A stretch of DNA of 61,315 nucleotides, counting the filler. It is 6 parts of 6 records of this genome, joined end to end, with 100 filler letters (N's around TTAATTAATTAA, not from the genome) between each part and the next. Parts side by side here need not be neighbours in the genome. Positions count along the whole stretch, not along the records: positions 1 to 13,873 come from SRR31156797_26546; positions 13,974 to 24,396 come from SRR31156797_26552; 4 more parts are not named here. The stretch is one strand, 5' to 3'. Under the pieces are notes generated by a model that worked only from the letters and a program-made list of their open reading frames with translations, made no database searches and had not been told where the DNA came from. Position numbers and translations under genes: made by a program. Below are positions 9,293-19,219 of the stretch, in pieces (the stretch's first letter is position 1; each line of letters starts with the position of its first letter).

Positions 9293-11536
9293 ATGAATCT
9301 TCCATTTGACCGGGACAGGGCCCGGAAAATTTTATCCGGAAAACGTCATGAAATGGGTCGGGGACTTTCTTATACGGAAAAGATCCTCTTTCTTCATGAA
9401 GCCAGCCGGAATTCACCCCGGAAATTACGGGCGGGTGTGGACCAAATCGCCCTTTTTCCCGATCGTGTGGCCATGCAGGACGCAACCGCCCAGATGGCCA
9501 TGCTCCAGTTCATGCAGACCGGGCAGAAAAAAACCAACGTCTCCGCCACCATTCACTGTGACCACCTGATCCGCGCCGGCGAAGGTAGCCATATGGACCT
9601 GCAAAAAGCCCTGGAAACCAATAAAGAAGTATACGATTTTCTCTCCTCGGCGGCAATGAAATACGGCATCGGCTTCTGGGGACCCGGTTCGGGCATCATC
9701 CACCAGGTACTTTTGGAAAATTACGCCTTTCCGGGGGGGCTCATGATCGGAACCGATTCCCACACCCCCAACGCGGGAGGGCTCGGCATGATCGCCATGG
9801 GCGTGGGCGGGGCCGACGCGGCGGAGGTCATGGCCGGACTCCCCTGGGAAACCACACTTCCCGCCCTTGTGGGGGTCAGGCTCACGGGAAAACTCACCGG
9901 GTGGGCATCGGCCAAGGATATTATCCTGGAGATGCTGAAACGATTCAGCGTCAAAGGGGGGACCGGGAAAATCTTTGAATATTTCGGCGAGGGCGCAAGG
10001 GGGCTGTCGGCAGCCCAGAAGGCGACCATCACCAATATGGGCGCGGAGCTCGGGGCCACGAGTTCCGTGTTTGTCTATGACGAAAGCATGGCTAGCTACC
10101 TTAACAATACGGGCCGCGAAACGGACGCCGCCGCGGCAGCCGCCCTAGGGGATATTCTGTGCCGGGACGAAATCTGCACCACCGATCCTGAGCGTGTTTA
10201 CGACCGGTACCTGGAACTGGATCTCGGCACCATCAAACCGGCCCATGCGGGCCCCTTCAGCCCCGATCGGATCACCGGGGTTGCGAATTTCAGGGAACGG
10301 GTGGCCTCGGAAAAATGGCCCGAAAAGGTTTCCGCCGTGCTCATGGGCTCCTGCACCAACTCCTCCTATTCAGACCTTTACGCCGCGGCTCAAATCTTTG
10401 AGCAGGGAGGACGGCACGGTTGCAGGGTCAAGGTCCCCTTCACGCTGTCGCCCGGTTCGGAGCAGATTTATGAAACCGTCAAACGGGACGGCATCCTTCA
10501 AAAACTGCTGGATGCGGGCGCCGTGATCCTTGCCGCCTCCTGCGGCCCCTGCATCGGGCAATGGGACCGGAAGGATTCCCGAAAGGGTCTCAAAAACATC
10601 ATCTTTACAACGTTCAATCGAAATTTCAAGGCGCGAAACGACGCCAATCCCGAAACCCTGGCCTTTTTGACCTCACCCGCCATGGCCGCGTGTCTTGCCC
10701 TCTCGGGTGATGCCGGATTTAATCCGGAAACCGATCTGCTGGTGGGGGCCGATGGAGAAACATTTCAACTGACACCCCCCGATCCGCCCCCGCTCCCTGA
10801 AAAAGGGTTGACGCTCTACAAATCCGCCTATATGGCCTCGGAGGCGGAAGATGAGACGTACCCCATCAAGATTGATCCCCACTCGGAAAGGCTTGAACGT
10901 CTCAAACCGTTTGCGCCCTGGGATGGAAAGGATTTCAACGACCTGCCCGTTCTCGTCAAAACCCTGGGGAAAACCACCACGGATCACATCTCCCCGGGCG
11001 GGAAATGGCTCAAGTACCGGGGGCACCTGACCAACATCTCACAAAATATGCTGGCGGGCGCCTTAAATGCCTTTACCGATGAAACCGGTCACGGCACCGA
11101 CATCCTCACCGGTGAAAAAGGGATGGAATTCTCAAAACTTGCCGGAATTTATCAAAAAAAATGCGGTGGGTTCGTCATTGTGGGGGATGAAAATTACGGC
11201 GAAGGGTCCAGCCGGGAACATGCGGCCATGAGTCCCCGGTATCTGGGGGCAAAAGCGGTTATCACCCGCTCCTTTGCAAGAATCCATGAAGCCAACCTCA
11301 AAAAACAGGGGATTCTGCCGTTGACCTTTTCGAACCCTTCGGATTACGATAGAATTGGCGAGGAGGATCGAATCAGCCTGGTTGACCTGAAAACCCTGAA
11401 ACCCCACGAACCGGTTCGAGCGATCGTTCAGCCAAAATATGATCCCAGCTTCGAAATTGCCCTGAAGCACACCCTCACCGATGAACAGATAGAATGGTTT
11501 AAAGCAGGTTCAGCCTTGAACACGGTGCGGAGGTAA
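9293..11536 (+). CDS. Aconitate hydratase, mitochondrial-type (747 aa)
   Basis: DRVAMQDATAQMAMLQF, HCDHLI, GTDSHTPN, GSCTNSSY, CGPCIGQW, TTDHIS and NYGEGSSREHAA. Confidence 0.95.
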   Translation: MNLPFDRDRARKILSGKRHEMGRGLSYTEKILFLHEASRNSPRKLRAGVDQIALFPDRVAMQDATAQMAMLQFMQTGQKKTNVSATIHCDHLIRAGEGSHMDLQKALETNKEVYDFLSSAAMKYGIGFWGPGSGIIHQVLLENYAFPGGLMIGTDSHTPNAGGLGMIAMGVGGADAAEVMAGLPWETTLPALVGVRLTGKLTGWASAKDIILEMLKRFSVKGGTGKIFEYFGEGARGLSAAQKATITNMGAELGATSSVFVYDESMASYLNNTGRETDAAAAAALGDILCRDEICTTDPERVYDRYLELDLGTIKPAHAGPFSPDRITGVANFRERVASEKWPEKVSAVLMGSCTNSSYSDLYAAAQIFEQGGRHGCRVKVPFTLSPGSEQIYETVKRDGILQKLLDAGAVILAASCGPCIGQWDRKDSRKGLKNIIFTTFNRNFKARNDANPETLAFLTSPAMAACLALSGDAGFNPETDLLVGADGETFQLTPPDPPPLPEKGLTLYKSAYMASEAEDETYPIKIDPHSERLERLKPFAPWDGKDFNDLPVLVKTLGKTTTDHISPGGKWLKYRGHLTNISQNMLAGALNAFTDETGHGTDILTGEKGMEFSKLAGIYQKKCGGFVIVGDENYGEGSSREHAAMSPRYLGAKAVITRSFARIHEANLKKQGILPLTFSNPSDYDRIGEEDRISLVDLKTLKPHEPVRAIVQPKYDPSFEIALKHTLTDEQIEWFKAGSALNTVRR

Positions 11537-11539
11537 AAC

Positions 11540-12859
11540 ATGTTGTCAGTTGACCTGATCATTGAAAACGGAACCCTGTTGACCATGGACCCTGAAAACA
11601 GGGTCATTGAGAACGGTTTTTTGTGCGTATCGGGGGATACCATTTCCCATGTGGGGGATCAAATTCCCGAAAACCATGTTGCCCCAAAGGCAATTGATGC
11701 AAAAGGGGGCCTCATACTTCCGGGGCTCATCAACGGCCATACCCATGCGCCCATGAGTCTTTTCAAGGGTCTGGCGGACGACCTCCCCCTCATGGAATGG
11801 CTGAATCGATACATTTTCCCCGTGGAAAAGAACATGGACGTCGATTTTATCCGTACGGGCGCTCTTCTGGCCTGCGCCGAGATGATCCTGTCCGGCACCA
11901 CCACATTCTGCGACATGTACCTGTTTGCGGACCAGGTGGCACAAGCCGCCTTTCAATCGGGCCTTCGATGCTTTGTGGGGGAAGTCCTCTACGATTTCCC
12001 CTCTCCCAATTACGGAGACCTGGAAAACGGTTTTGCCTACACACAATGGCTCATTGATAAATGGAAAGACAACCCCCTGGTTTCCATTGCCGTGGAGCCC
12101 CATGCCCTGTTTACCTGCAAGCCTGAATTGCTCCAAAGAGCCAACCGGATGGCGCTGTCCCACAAAAGGCCCCTGATTATCCATTTCGCCGAAACCCTGG
12201 CGGAACTGGAAGAGATTAAAAAGAGATACGGCAAGACACCCCTGGCACACCTGGAGGACCTGGGGCTTGCGGGACCGCACCTGATCGTGGATCACGCCGT
12301 CCATCTGGATGAACGGGAAATCGAAAAAATAGCCGAATACGGGATCAAAGTGATTCACAACCCGGAAAGCAACATGAAACTGGGCTCGGGCATTGCACCG
12401 GTGCCCGGAATGATTACCCGAGGCGTAACCGTCGGCATCGGAACCGACGGGAGCGCTTCCAACAACAACATGGACCTCTTCACGGAGATGGACATGGCGG
12501 CCAAGCTCCACAAGGTCCAAACCATGGACCCCACGGTCATGGATGCCTTGACCGTATTGAAAATGGCCACCATCGAAGGGGCCAAAGCCTTGGGGCTGTC
12601 CCATGAAACCGGCTCCCTCGAAACCGGGAAAAAGGCGGATGTCATTGTTGTGGATACCGACAAACCCCACCTGACACCCATGTACAACCCCTTTTCCCAC
12701 CTGGTTTATGCGGCCCGGGGTCAGGACGTGAGCCATACCATCATTAACGGCCGGCTGGTCATGGAAAACCGTCAATTGCTGACCCTGGATCTGGAAGCGG
12801 TCATGGCGCGGGCCATGGAAAGGGCCGTGGATGTGAGGAAATGGGTATCGAACCCGTGA
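11540..12859 (+). CDS. mtaD: Amidohydrolase, 5'-methylthioadenosine / S-adenosylhomocysteine / 5'-deoxyadenosine deaminase family
   Basis: PGLINGHTH, IHFAET, HNPESNMKLGSG, GTDGSASNN and GSLETGKKAD. The exact substrate is inferred. Confidence 0.8.
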   Translation: MLSVDLIIENGTLLTMDPENRVIENGFLCVSGDTISHVGDQIPENHVAPKAIDAKGGLILPGLINGHTHAPMSLFKGLADDLPLMEWLNRYIFPVEKNMDVDFIRTGALLACAEMILSGTTTFCDMYLFADQVAQAAFQSGLRCFVGEVLYDFPSPNYGDLENGFAYTQWLIDKWKDNPLVSIAVEPHALFTCKPELLQRANRMALSHKRPLIIHFAETLAELEEIKKRYGKTPLAHLEDLGLAGPHLIVDHAVHLDEREIEKIAEYGIKVIHNPESNMKLGSGIAPVPGMITRGVTVGIGTDGSASNNNMDLFTEMDMAAKLHKVQTMDPTVMDALTVLKMATIEGAKALGLSHETGSLETGKKADVIVVDTDKPHLTPMYNPFSHLVYAARGQDVSHTIINGRLVMENRQLLTLDLEAVMARAMERAVDVRKWVSNP

Positions 12860-13644
12860 AAAAACAAGAAAAAATCTACCCGGCCATCGGCAGCCGGCTT
12901 CTGGGGGTTCCCGAAGTACGGACACTGGGGGTGAAACCCAATTTTCCGGACTACACACCCGAGGAACGGGATTTCATGAGAAAAGCCGACCTCATTTTGT
13001 ACCCCACCCTCAACTATGCCCAGTTCCTGACCACCCTGGGGAAAAAAATTTTCCCGAGTCTTGAAACATACCTCTACGCGGATGAAAAGATTAAACAGAC
13101 CACCCTCTTTTACATGCTGGATATCCCCCACCCCCGCACCCGGATTTATTACCGCCGCCACCACAAGGATATCCTGAACCATTTCCATTACCCCTTTATC
13201 GGAAAACTGCCCAGGTCTTCGGCCCGGGGCAGAGGGGTCTACATGATCCATGACGGGGAAGAGCTGGCGGCCTATGTGGAACGTACCAAAGTCGCTTACA
13301 TCCAGGAATACATTCCCCACCAACGGGATTTGAGGGTGGTCCTCATAAACCATCAACCGGTGATTGCCTACTGGCGTATCCGGCATCCGGACAACTTCAG
13401 AACCAATTTGAGCCAGGGGGGACATATCAGTTTTGACCACATCCCCCCATCGGGCATCCTTGCGGCACGGGACGCCGCCCGGAAATGCAGATTCAATGAT
13501 GTGGGGATCGATCTCATGCCACACGGGGATCAATGGCTGGTGATTGAAGCCAACATGAAATACGGACGCAAGGGGTTGAAGATGAAAGGCCTTGACCTCA
13601 AGGAGATCCTGCGGGCAAAACTGATGGCGGGGGAACTCGGCTAG
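12856..13644 (+). CDS. RimK-like ATP-grasp ligase
   Basis: YPFIGK..SARGRGVY, YIQEYIP, DLRVVL, FRTNLSQGG, GIDL and VIEAN. The GTG start overlaps the mtaD stop (GTGA); the alternative ATG is at 12841. Confidence 0.85.
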   Translation: MKKQEKIYPAIGSRLLGVPEVRTLGVKPNFPDYTPEERDFMRKADLILYPTLNYAQFLTTLGKKIFPSLETYLYADEKIKQTTLFYMLDIPHPRTRIYYRRHHKDILNHFHYPFIGKLPRSSARGRGVYMIHDGEELAAYVERTKVAYIQEYIPHQRDLRVVLINHQPVIAYWRIRHPDNFRTNLSQGGHISFDHIPPSGILAARDAARKCRFNDVGIDLMPHGDQWLVIEANMKYGRKGLKMKGLDLKEILRAKLMAGELG

Positions 13645-13873
13645 ATGAAACGGATATTATTATGGACCCTTTGCCTCCTGATCCTGGTTCCCCTGGTTTT
13701 TCTGGGGTATACCTATTACGAGATCACAAAGGAGACATCCGAACGGATCAGCCGGGGCGCCATCGACCGGGTGATCAATTCGGAAAGCCCGGTGTACTAT
13801 TCGGACGGCCAAACACCCATCGGCGTCTTTTTTGAAAAAACCCACAGCAAATACATCGACTACGACCATATCC
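13645..13873 (+). CDS. Probable class A penicillin-binding protein / transglycosylase, N-terminal fragment (truncated by contig end)
   Basis: N-terminal membrane anchor followed by SPVYYSDGQTPIG..YIDYDHI, like the segment that precedes a GT51 domain. Confidence 0.6.
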
Positions 13874-13973
13874 NNNNNNNNNNNNNNNNNNNNNNNNNNN
13901 NNNNNNNNNNNNNNNNNTTAATTAATTAANNNNNNNNNNNNNNNNNNNNNNNNNNNNNNNNNNNNNNNNNNNN
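13874..13973. other. Artificial contig linker
   Basis: 44 N + TTAATTAATTAA + 44 N, giving stops in all six frames. Composition and taxon change across it. Confidence 0.98.
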
Positions 13974-14278
13974 ATCGGGCACGAAAAACCCTGGCCATTG
14001 CCTATTCCACTGAAAAAGAATGTTTGTAACTTTGGATTAAAAACTGATGTTTGACGAAAAATATGGAATGCCCTGACAATATCGATCAGCTTAATGAGGA
14101 TTTAGATTTGTTGATGTTTGGAAATCCTTACCCATTCACTCACCCAGGAAAGTTTTGAACAGACTGTTGCTTATCTAAAACAGTACGAAAATAAAATTAC
14201 TGCAATCCTGAAAAGATGGAGGCAGAGTAAAACTAAAAATAAATACCAAAACAATTTCAAATCAAATCTTGTAAAAAA

Positions 14279-14785
14279 ATGGAACAACTGAGTACTAGAA
14301 TGAGAAGGATCACAATCATTTTTTCACTGTTTGCTATGAGTATAAATTTTGTGTGTGGGCAAATCACATCTGATTCAATTACAATGAAAAAAGCCTTTGG
14401 TGGATACCAATTCTACCAGGGTGAACAACGATTGAACATGAAACAACTTGTAAGCTCCATGAAACCAAATGATGAAGCTTACAGACAAATTAAATCTGCC
14501 CAATCAAATTATACACTGGGTATTATTTTGGGATACACAGGAGGATTTTTAATTGGGTGGCCAATTGGAACCGCACTAGGAGGTGGCGAACCAAATTGGG
14601 CTCTGGCAGGTGTTGGTGCAGGGCTAATCGTCCTGGCCATCCCGGTGAGTCAGGGGTTCAACAAAAAAGCCAAACAGGCCGTTACAACCTACAACCGTGG
14701 ACTACGAACAACCTCCTTTTGGGATAAAAATGCATTGAAGGTTTCAATCACTGATCACGGAGTGGGAATTACTTTGAGCTTTTAA
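14279..14785 (+). CDS. Hypothetical exported/membrane protein (Bacteroidota type)
   Basis: Signal-like N-terminus (the start may be 14300), two Gly-rich hydrophobic helices and C-terminal GVGITLSF. Confidence 0.7.
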   Translation: MEQLSTRMRRITIIFSLFAMSINFVCGQITSDSITMKKAFGGYQFYQGEQRLNMKQLVSSMKPNDEAYRQIKSAQSNYTLGIILGYTGGFLIGWPIGTALGGGEPNWALAGVGAGLIVLAIPVSQGFNKKAKQAVTTYNRGLRTTSFWDKNALKVSITDHGVGITLSF

Positions 14786-15509
14786 TTCACCTTCGGAAAA
14801 TCTGAAGAATAGATTTAGAAAAAAAACAAAAATATCACGGCCAAAGAGGCGCACAAGCCTTTCCATAGATTCTAGAGTCAATTACATGCCAACTAAATGT
14901 CTCAATAGATTTACTTATTGGACTGATTCAGGCAACTTCTTATGCCTGTGATTACAAGAAAAGTAAGCGTTGTTGCATACAAATTTGTTATCTACTTGAT
15001 TCTGGATTTTTATCCAGGTTACTCCAATTGGTTTTATGTGAGCAACCTTGTCTAATTCAGCTATTGAAATTGGTCAGGCTCCTAAACCCGGAAAGGGAAA
15101 TGTGCATTTCAAGAATCTTGGGTCGCTTCACATGGTCAGCCTGGTCAAACATCCCAAATAAGCAATACTATAACCGAGTTCACGATTTACCCCCAAGTGT
15201 TAATAAAAATTAACGTTTAAAAAACCAGTAACTCTCTAACTCATTTATTTATAGGTAGATAAAAAATATTTATAAAATTAAATGTTAAAAAATGGTGACA
15301 AAACCCAATCCTGTGACTCATTATATTAGAAACATGAAAAACTATGATTCTTATTTATGAAAATTTTGAAAGAGCCAAACAGGAAAAAGTCCCGGGGAGC
15401 ATGCAAATGAAAGAAAATAGTTTACCGATGAAAACTAAATGATTACTACTACTTCCCTAGATTTGAATTTATATCGAACTACAAATAATAACCAAAAACA
15501 ATTGTAACT

Positions 15510-17114
15510 ATGAAAAAGATGTTTAACTCAAAAAATTACTCTTACGCAATGCTGGTTTCATTGCTATTATTAGTTTCCGTATCCGGGTACAGCCAGATCG
15601 GTGTAAATGGAGTTGGTTTACCACCACCAACACCGGCTTGTACAAACTGTTCAAATACTACAGTTTCTTCATTACATGTTGCTTCAACACTTGGTATTGG
15701 AACATTGGCAGATGACTCAGCTGCATTTGCTTCCGGGTATTATTCACAGGCAAGCGGCTTTAGTTCAAGTGCAATTGGGAATTATTGTACTGCTAACGGT
15801 ACCAACTCCATGGCGCTTGGTAAAAACAGCAATGCTACCGGCTCCCATTCATTTGCCTTAGGAAGCAACGTAGAAGCAAGGTCTTCAGGTTCATTTGCTT
15901 TTGGGAAATATGTTAAGACCACCAGTAGCGATGCAATTACCATTGGAATTGGGCAAAGCTGGCCCTGTGTTGACACGCTGAAAAACACGAACCAGTATTC
16001 AATAATGTTTGGCACGAACAGCAATCTTCCTACACTTTTTATTAGTAACTCCGGTGGGGCGGGAAAAACAGGAACCATTGGTATCGGAAATAAAACCTCT
16101 CCCGAAGCCAAGCTTCACATTTATGGTGATGCCGATGAGTCAAATCCTGAGGATGCATCAATCTATATTGAATCATCTTCTGATTTTTATTCTACGATCT
16201 GGATGGGTGATAAATCGCACTATTTAAGAACAAAACCAAATCAATATATGGAATTCAATTCCGGGGGTAATGATTTTTATTTTAATAATGGTGACGTTGG
16301 TATTGGAACAGACACTCCTCAATCCGAACTAGATGTTGATGGTAGAATTACGACAGAAAACCTGACAATAACTAATAACTCGGCCAGTGGCCGCCTTCTT
16401 CAATCAGATGATGATGGTAATGCCAGTTGGGTTGACCCTTCTACAATTGAAGACGGCGATTGGGATATTTCAGGCAGTAATGTTAGTCGAAGCGTTGGTA
16501 ATATTGGTATAGGCACTTCAAATCCATTGGAAAAACTTCAAATTGGTGATAGATGGACATTCCATGATGGTGGACCCAAAATCATTGGTTACAATTATAA
16601 TTATGATGGTGGAGCAAAACGAATAGTGGAAGACGAAGTATCAGTTTTAAAGTTTGATTCAGATGGAGATATTATGATTAGAAGCGCGGAGTCAGGTCTT
16701 GCTGGAAGTAATATTAATCAATGGACTGATATCCTTATTTTGAAGCATAACGGTAAAGTACTCATTGGTGACGAAACAACCCTTTCAGGTTCACATAAAC
16801 TTTATGTTAATGGAAGTATCCTGTCAACCGAAGTTAATGTTGCAGAAGTTGCCAATTGGGCAGATTATGTTTTTGATGATGATTATGAGTTACCAGCCTT
16901 ATCAGACGTTGAACAGTTTGTTTGTAAGAATAAACACCTCCCCGACATACCCACAGAATCCGAAGTAAAAGAAAACGGTATAAACCTCGGAGAAATGGAT
17001 GCCCTGCTGCTCAAAAAAATCGAAGAGCTAACCCTCTACACCATCGAACAGCAGAAGATGCTTGAGGAACAACGGGCAGAAATCGACAAGCTTAAAGCTG
17101 AACTTTCAAAATAG
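15510..17114 (+). CDS. Secreted trimeric fibre-like protein: YadA-head-like repeats, GxIGIG repeats and C-terminal S74-like chaperone/coiled coil
   Basis: Signal peptide ending GYS-Q. 14-residue S-x-A-[ILF]-G repeats. Repeated GxVGIGTxxP..L.V.G. C-terminal WADYVF..KHLPDIP..LLKKIEELTLY followed by a coiled coil. Confidence 0.8.
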   Translation: MKKMFNSKNYSYAMLVSLLLLVSVSGYSQIGVNGVGLPPPTPACTNCSNTTVSSLHVASTLGIGTLADDSAAFASGYYSQASGFSSSAIGNYCTANGTNSMALGKNSNATGSHSFALGSNVEARSSGSFAFGKYVKTTSSDAITIGIGQSWPCVDTLKNTNQYSIMFGTNSNLPTLFISNSGGAGKTGTIGIGNKTSPEAKLHIYGDADESNPEDASIYIESSSDFYSTIWMGDKSHYLRTKPNQYMEFNSGGNDFYFNNGDVGIGTDTPQSELDVDGRITTENLTITNNSASGRLLQSDDDGNASWVDPSTIEDGDWDISGSNVSRSVGNIGIGTSNPLEKLQIGDRWTFHDGGPKIIGYNYNYDGGAKRIVEDEVSVLKFDSDGDIMIRSAESGLAGSNINQWTDILILKHNGKVLIGDETTLSGSHKLYVNGSILSTEVNVAEVANWADYVFDDDYELPALSDVEQFVCKNKHLPDIPTESEVKENGINLGEMDALLLKKIEELTLYTIEQQKMLEEQRAEIDKLKAELSK

Positions 17115-17120
17115 CAGGCC

Positions 17121-19217
17121 ATGAAGATCAATAATTCAACTTTAATAATTGTGATCCTCACATTATTATCCATACAACTCTTCGCTCAACAGCATGTAAA
17201 CCCAAGATGGGCATTAAACTCTACCGGTGAAAGCTGGGACGTGGTAACGGGGCAGGATATTGACGATGATGGGAATATTTACCTCACCGGCAACTTTACT
17301 GGAACCTTTATGTACAACACGAAAAGCGAACAAATTTCTGGAGAGAAATCCTTATTCATTGCCAAGTTCAATCCCGAAAGTGAATTGCTCTGGCTAAAAA
17401 AAATGGGGTCCACAGGTTTTGTTAGTGCAAGTTCAATACAGGTTGGCAACTCCGATGATGTATTTGTTTGCGGTAATTTTTCTGGTGAGATAAACGAAAA
17501 AGAAATCAGCCTGACCACTAAACAAAATAAATCCGGATACATCCTTAAACTAAATTCTACCGGCAACATCCAATGGGCAAACCAAATTGAGGGTGGATTA
17601 CTTTCATCGCAAATGCATATTGCCCCAGACCAACACGGAGGAGTATATTTTGCAGGAGCTTTCCGGGGAAAGTTACAATTCCAAATGCAGGGGTTCAACA
17701 GCAGGTACTTTAAGGATATAATTTTAGTGCATTATGATAAGGATGGAAATACCCTGGCAGTAAATTCCGTTTGTGGTGCCGATGATGAAAATATTTTCGA
17801 TTTGACCACCAATAACATCGGGGAGGTTTTCGCAACAGGTTCCTTTAAACGCGAATTAAAGATCGATCAACACTCGATAACCTCAAACGGCCTGCAGGAT
17901 GCATTTGTAATCCAGATGGATAGCAGGTTAAAAGCTATTAGAGTGAAGCAAATAGGTGGCATATATAATGATGAAGGAAGAGCCATAGCATTAGATAGCC
18001 AGGGTAAATTGCTTGTGGCAGGAAACTTTATTGGATTGGTTGATTTTGGTAAAACTGTAACCCTGGAATCGGAAGGCACAAGGGATGTTTTTGTATTAAG
18101 CCTGGATGAAAGCCTGGATTGCAACTGGGGCTCAAAGTTTGGCAGCCCGGGTAGCGATTGTGTTACCGGTCTTGCTGTTAATAACAGGAATGATGTGTAT
18201 CTGATTGGTAGCTTCAGGGGAGAAATGGAAATCGATGACAAAACAATAGAATCGCAATCATTTGCCAATGATGCTTTCCTGGCCAAGTTCAGCGGGGATG
18301 GGGCATTCAGGTTTATTGAAAGCATTGGTGGCGAAGCCCACGACTTCGGGAAAAGCATCAATATTGACCCTGACAATGAAATATTGATCAGTGGCAACTT
18401 TGCCGGGCAGCTGGATTTGATGGGAAAACGTTCCGCAAACTCACATGGTGAAGACCTGTTCATTTCCAGGTTACACGATTGTGACGCCACAGATGGCATT
18501 ACCTTACAGGCAGATACTGTGATCTGTGGAAGTGAATACACCTTTGCGGTAAGTGATGAGTTCGAAAGCTATTTCTGGAATGGCGTAAAGGGCAATCATG
18601 AGTACAAAGCTGAAGCTTCAGGGCAAATCGTTGTTGAGGCCATCAACAGGTTTGGCTGTAGTTCATTTGATACCATGAACCTGGTGCTGAGTACTCCACC
18701 CCCGGAAACCTTACCTGATACCATCAGGGTGAATGCCGGTGAGCAAATAACCCTGGAAGCTCCTGAAGGAATGCAGGATTACTTATGGAGCAACGGAAGC
18801 AACCTCCCATATCTTGATGTTAACACCAATGTGCTACCCCTTGAAGAGGCTGATATATGGGTACAAATGACTGATTTACAAAACTGCATTTGGTACGATA
18901 ATGTAGTGCTCATCATTCAAAACTTTAAAAGTGAAGTTCATGAAGTAACTCTAAAACCAGATGAACCTGATGGAATTTTCGATATCTATCCAAACCCAGC
19001 AAACGAAAAGATTTTCATCAAATCTATATGTACAATTGATGGAGAGGTGAAATTAGAATTGATTAGTGCTTATGGCCAGGTATTATTTTATAAGGAGTGT
19101 CTATTCTCAGCAAATAAAACTCTTGAAATACATACTGCAGATTTTTCACCTGGATCATATCAAATCCGGATCTCATACCAGGATAACAAACTGAATTACA
19201 AATTAATTATTTACTAA
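17121..19217 (+). CDS. T9SS type A sorting-domain protein with beta-propeller (SBBP-like) repeats
   Basis: Signal peptide ending LFA-Q. Repeats D..GNIY.TG.F.G ... D.FIAKF. YLWSNGS Ig-like spacers. C-terminal IYPNPA..GSYQIRI..KLII domain. Confidence 0.88.
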   Translation: MKINNSTLIIVILTLLSIQLFAQQHVNPRWALNSTGESWDVVTGQDIDDDGNIYLTGNFTGTFMYNTKSEQISGEKSLFIAKFNPESELLWLKKMGSTGFVSASSIQVGNSDDVFVCGNFSGEINEKEISLTTKQNKSGYILKLNSTGNIQWANQIEGGLLSSQMHIAPDQHGGVYFAGAFRGKLQFQMQGFNSRYFKDIILVHYDKDGNTLAVNSVCGADDENIFDLTTNNIGEVFATGSFKRELKIDQHSITSNGLQDAFVIQMDSRLKAIRVKQIGGIYNDEGRAIALDSQGKLLVAGNFIGLVDFGKTVTLESEGTRDVFVLSLDESLDCNWGSKFGSPGSDCVTGLAVNNRNDVYLIGSFRGEMEIDDKTIESQSFANDAFLAKFSGDGAFRFIESIGGEAHDFGKSINIDPDNEILISGNFAGQLDLMGKRSANSHGEDLFISRLHDCDATDGITLQADTVICGSEYTFAVSDEFESYFWNGVKGNHEYKAEASGQIVVEAINRFGCSSFDTMNLVLSTPPPETLPDTIRVNAGEQITLEAPEGMQDYLWSNGSNLPYLDVNTNVLPLEEADIWVQMTDLQNCIWYDNVVLIIQNFKSEVHEVTLKPDEPDGIFDIYPNPANEKIFIKSICTIDGEVKLELISAYGQVLFYKECLFSANKTLEIHTADFSPGSYQIRISYQDNKLNYKLIIY

Positions 19218-19219
19218 AC

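Noticed and set aside
11546-12958. 470-aa minus-strand ORF
   Set aside because: Antisense shadow of the well-supported deaminase gene, with no motifs. Such shadows are common in GC-rich coding DNA.
1-13873. Selenocysteine (TGA) read-through in the Desulfobacterota-like segment
   Set aside because: The TGA stops of icd and mtaD fall at the normal family C-termini, and no Cys-equivalent position is interrupted.
13918-13929. TTAATTAATTAA palindrome recurring five times, as a possible biological repeat or recombination site
   Set aside because: It is always centred in identical N-runs and gives stops in all six frames, so it is an assembly linker.
15028-15213. 61-aa ORF upstream of the secretion operon
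   Set aside because: TTG start, no motif and no supporting signal. Likely a chance ORF.
15510-17114. Prophage, suggested by the tail-fibre-like gene
   Set aside because: The protein has a signal peptide, and there is no capsid, terminase, integrase or other phage gene on the contig.
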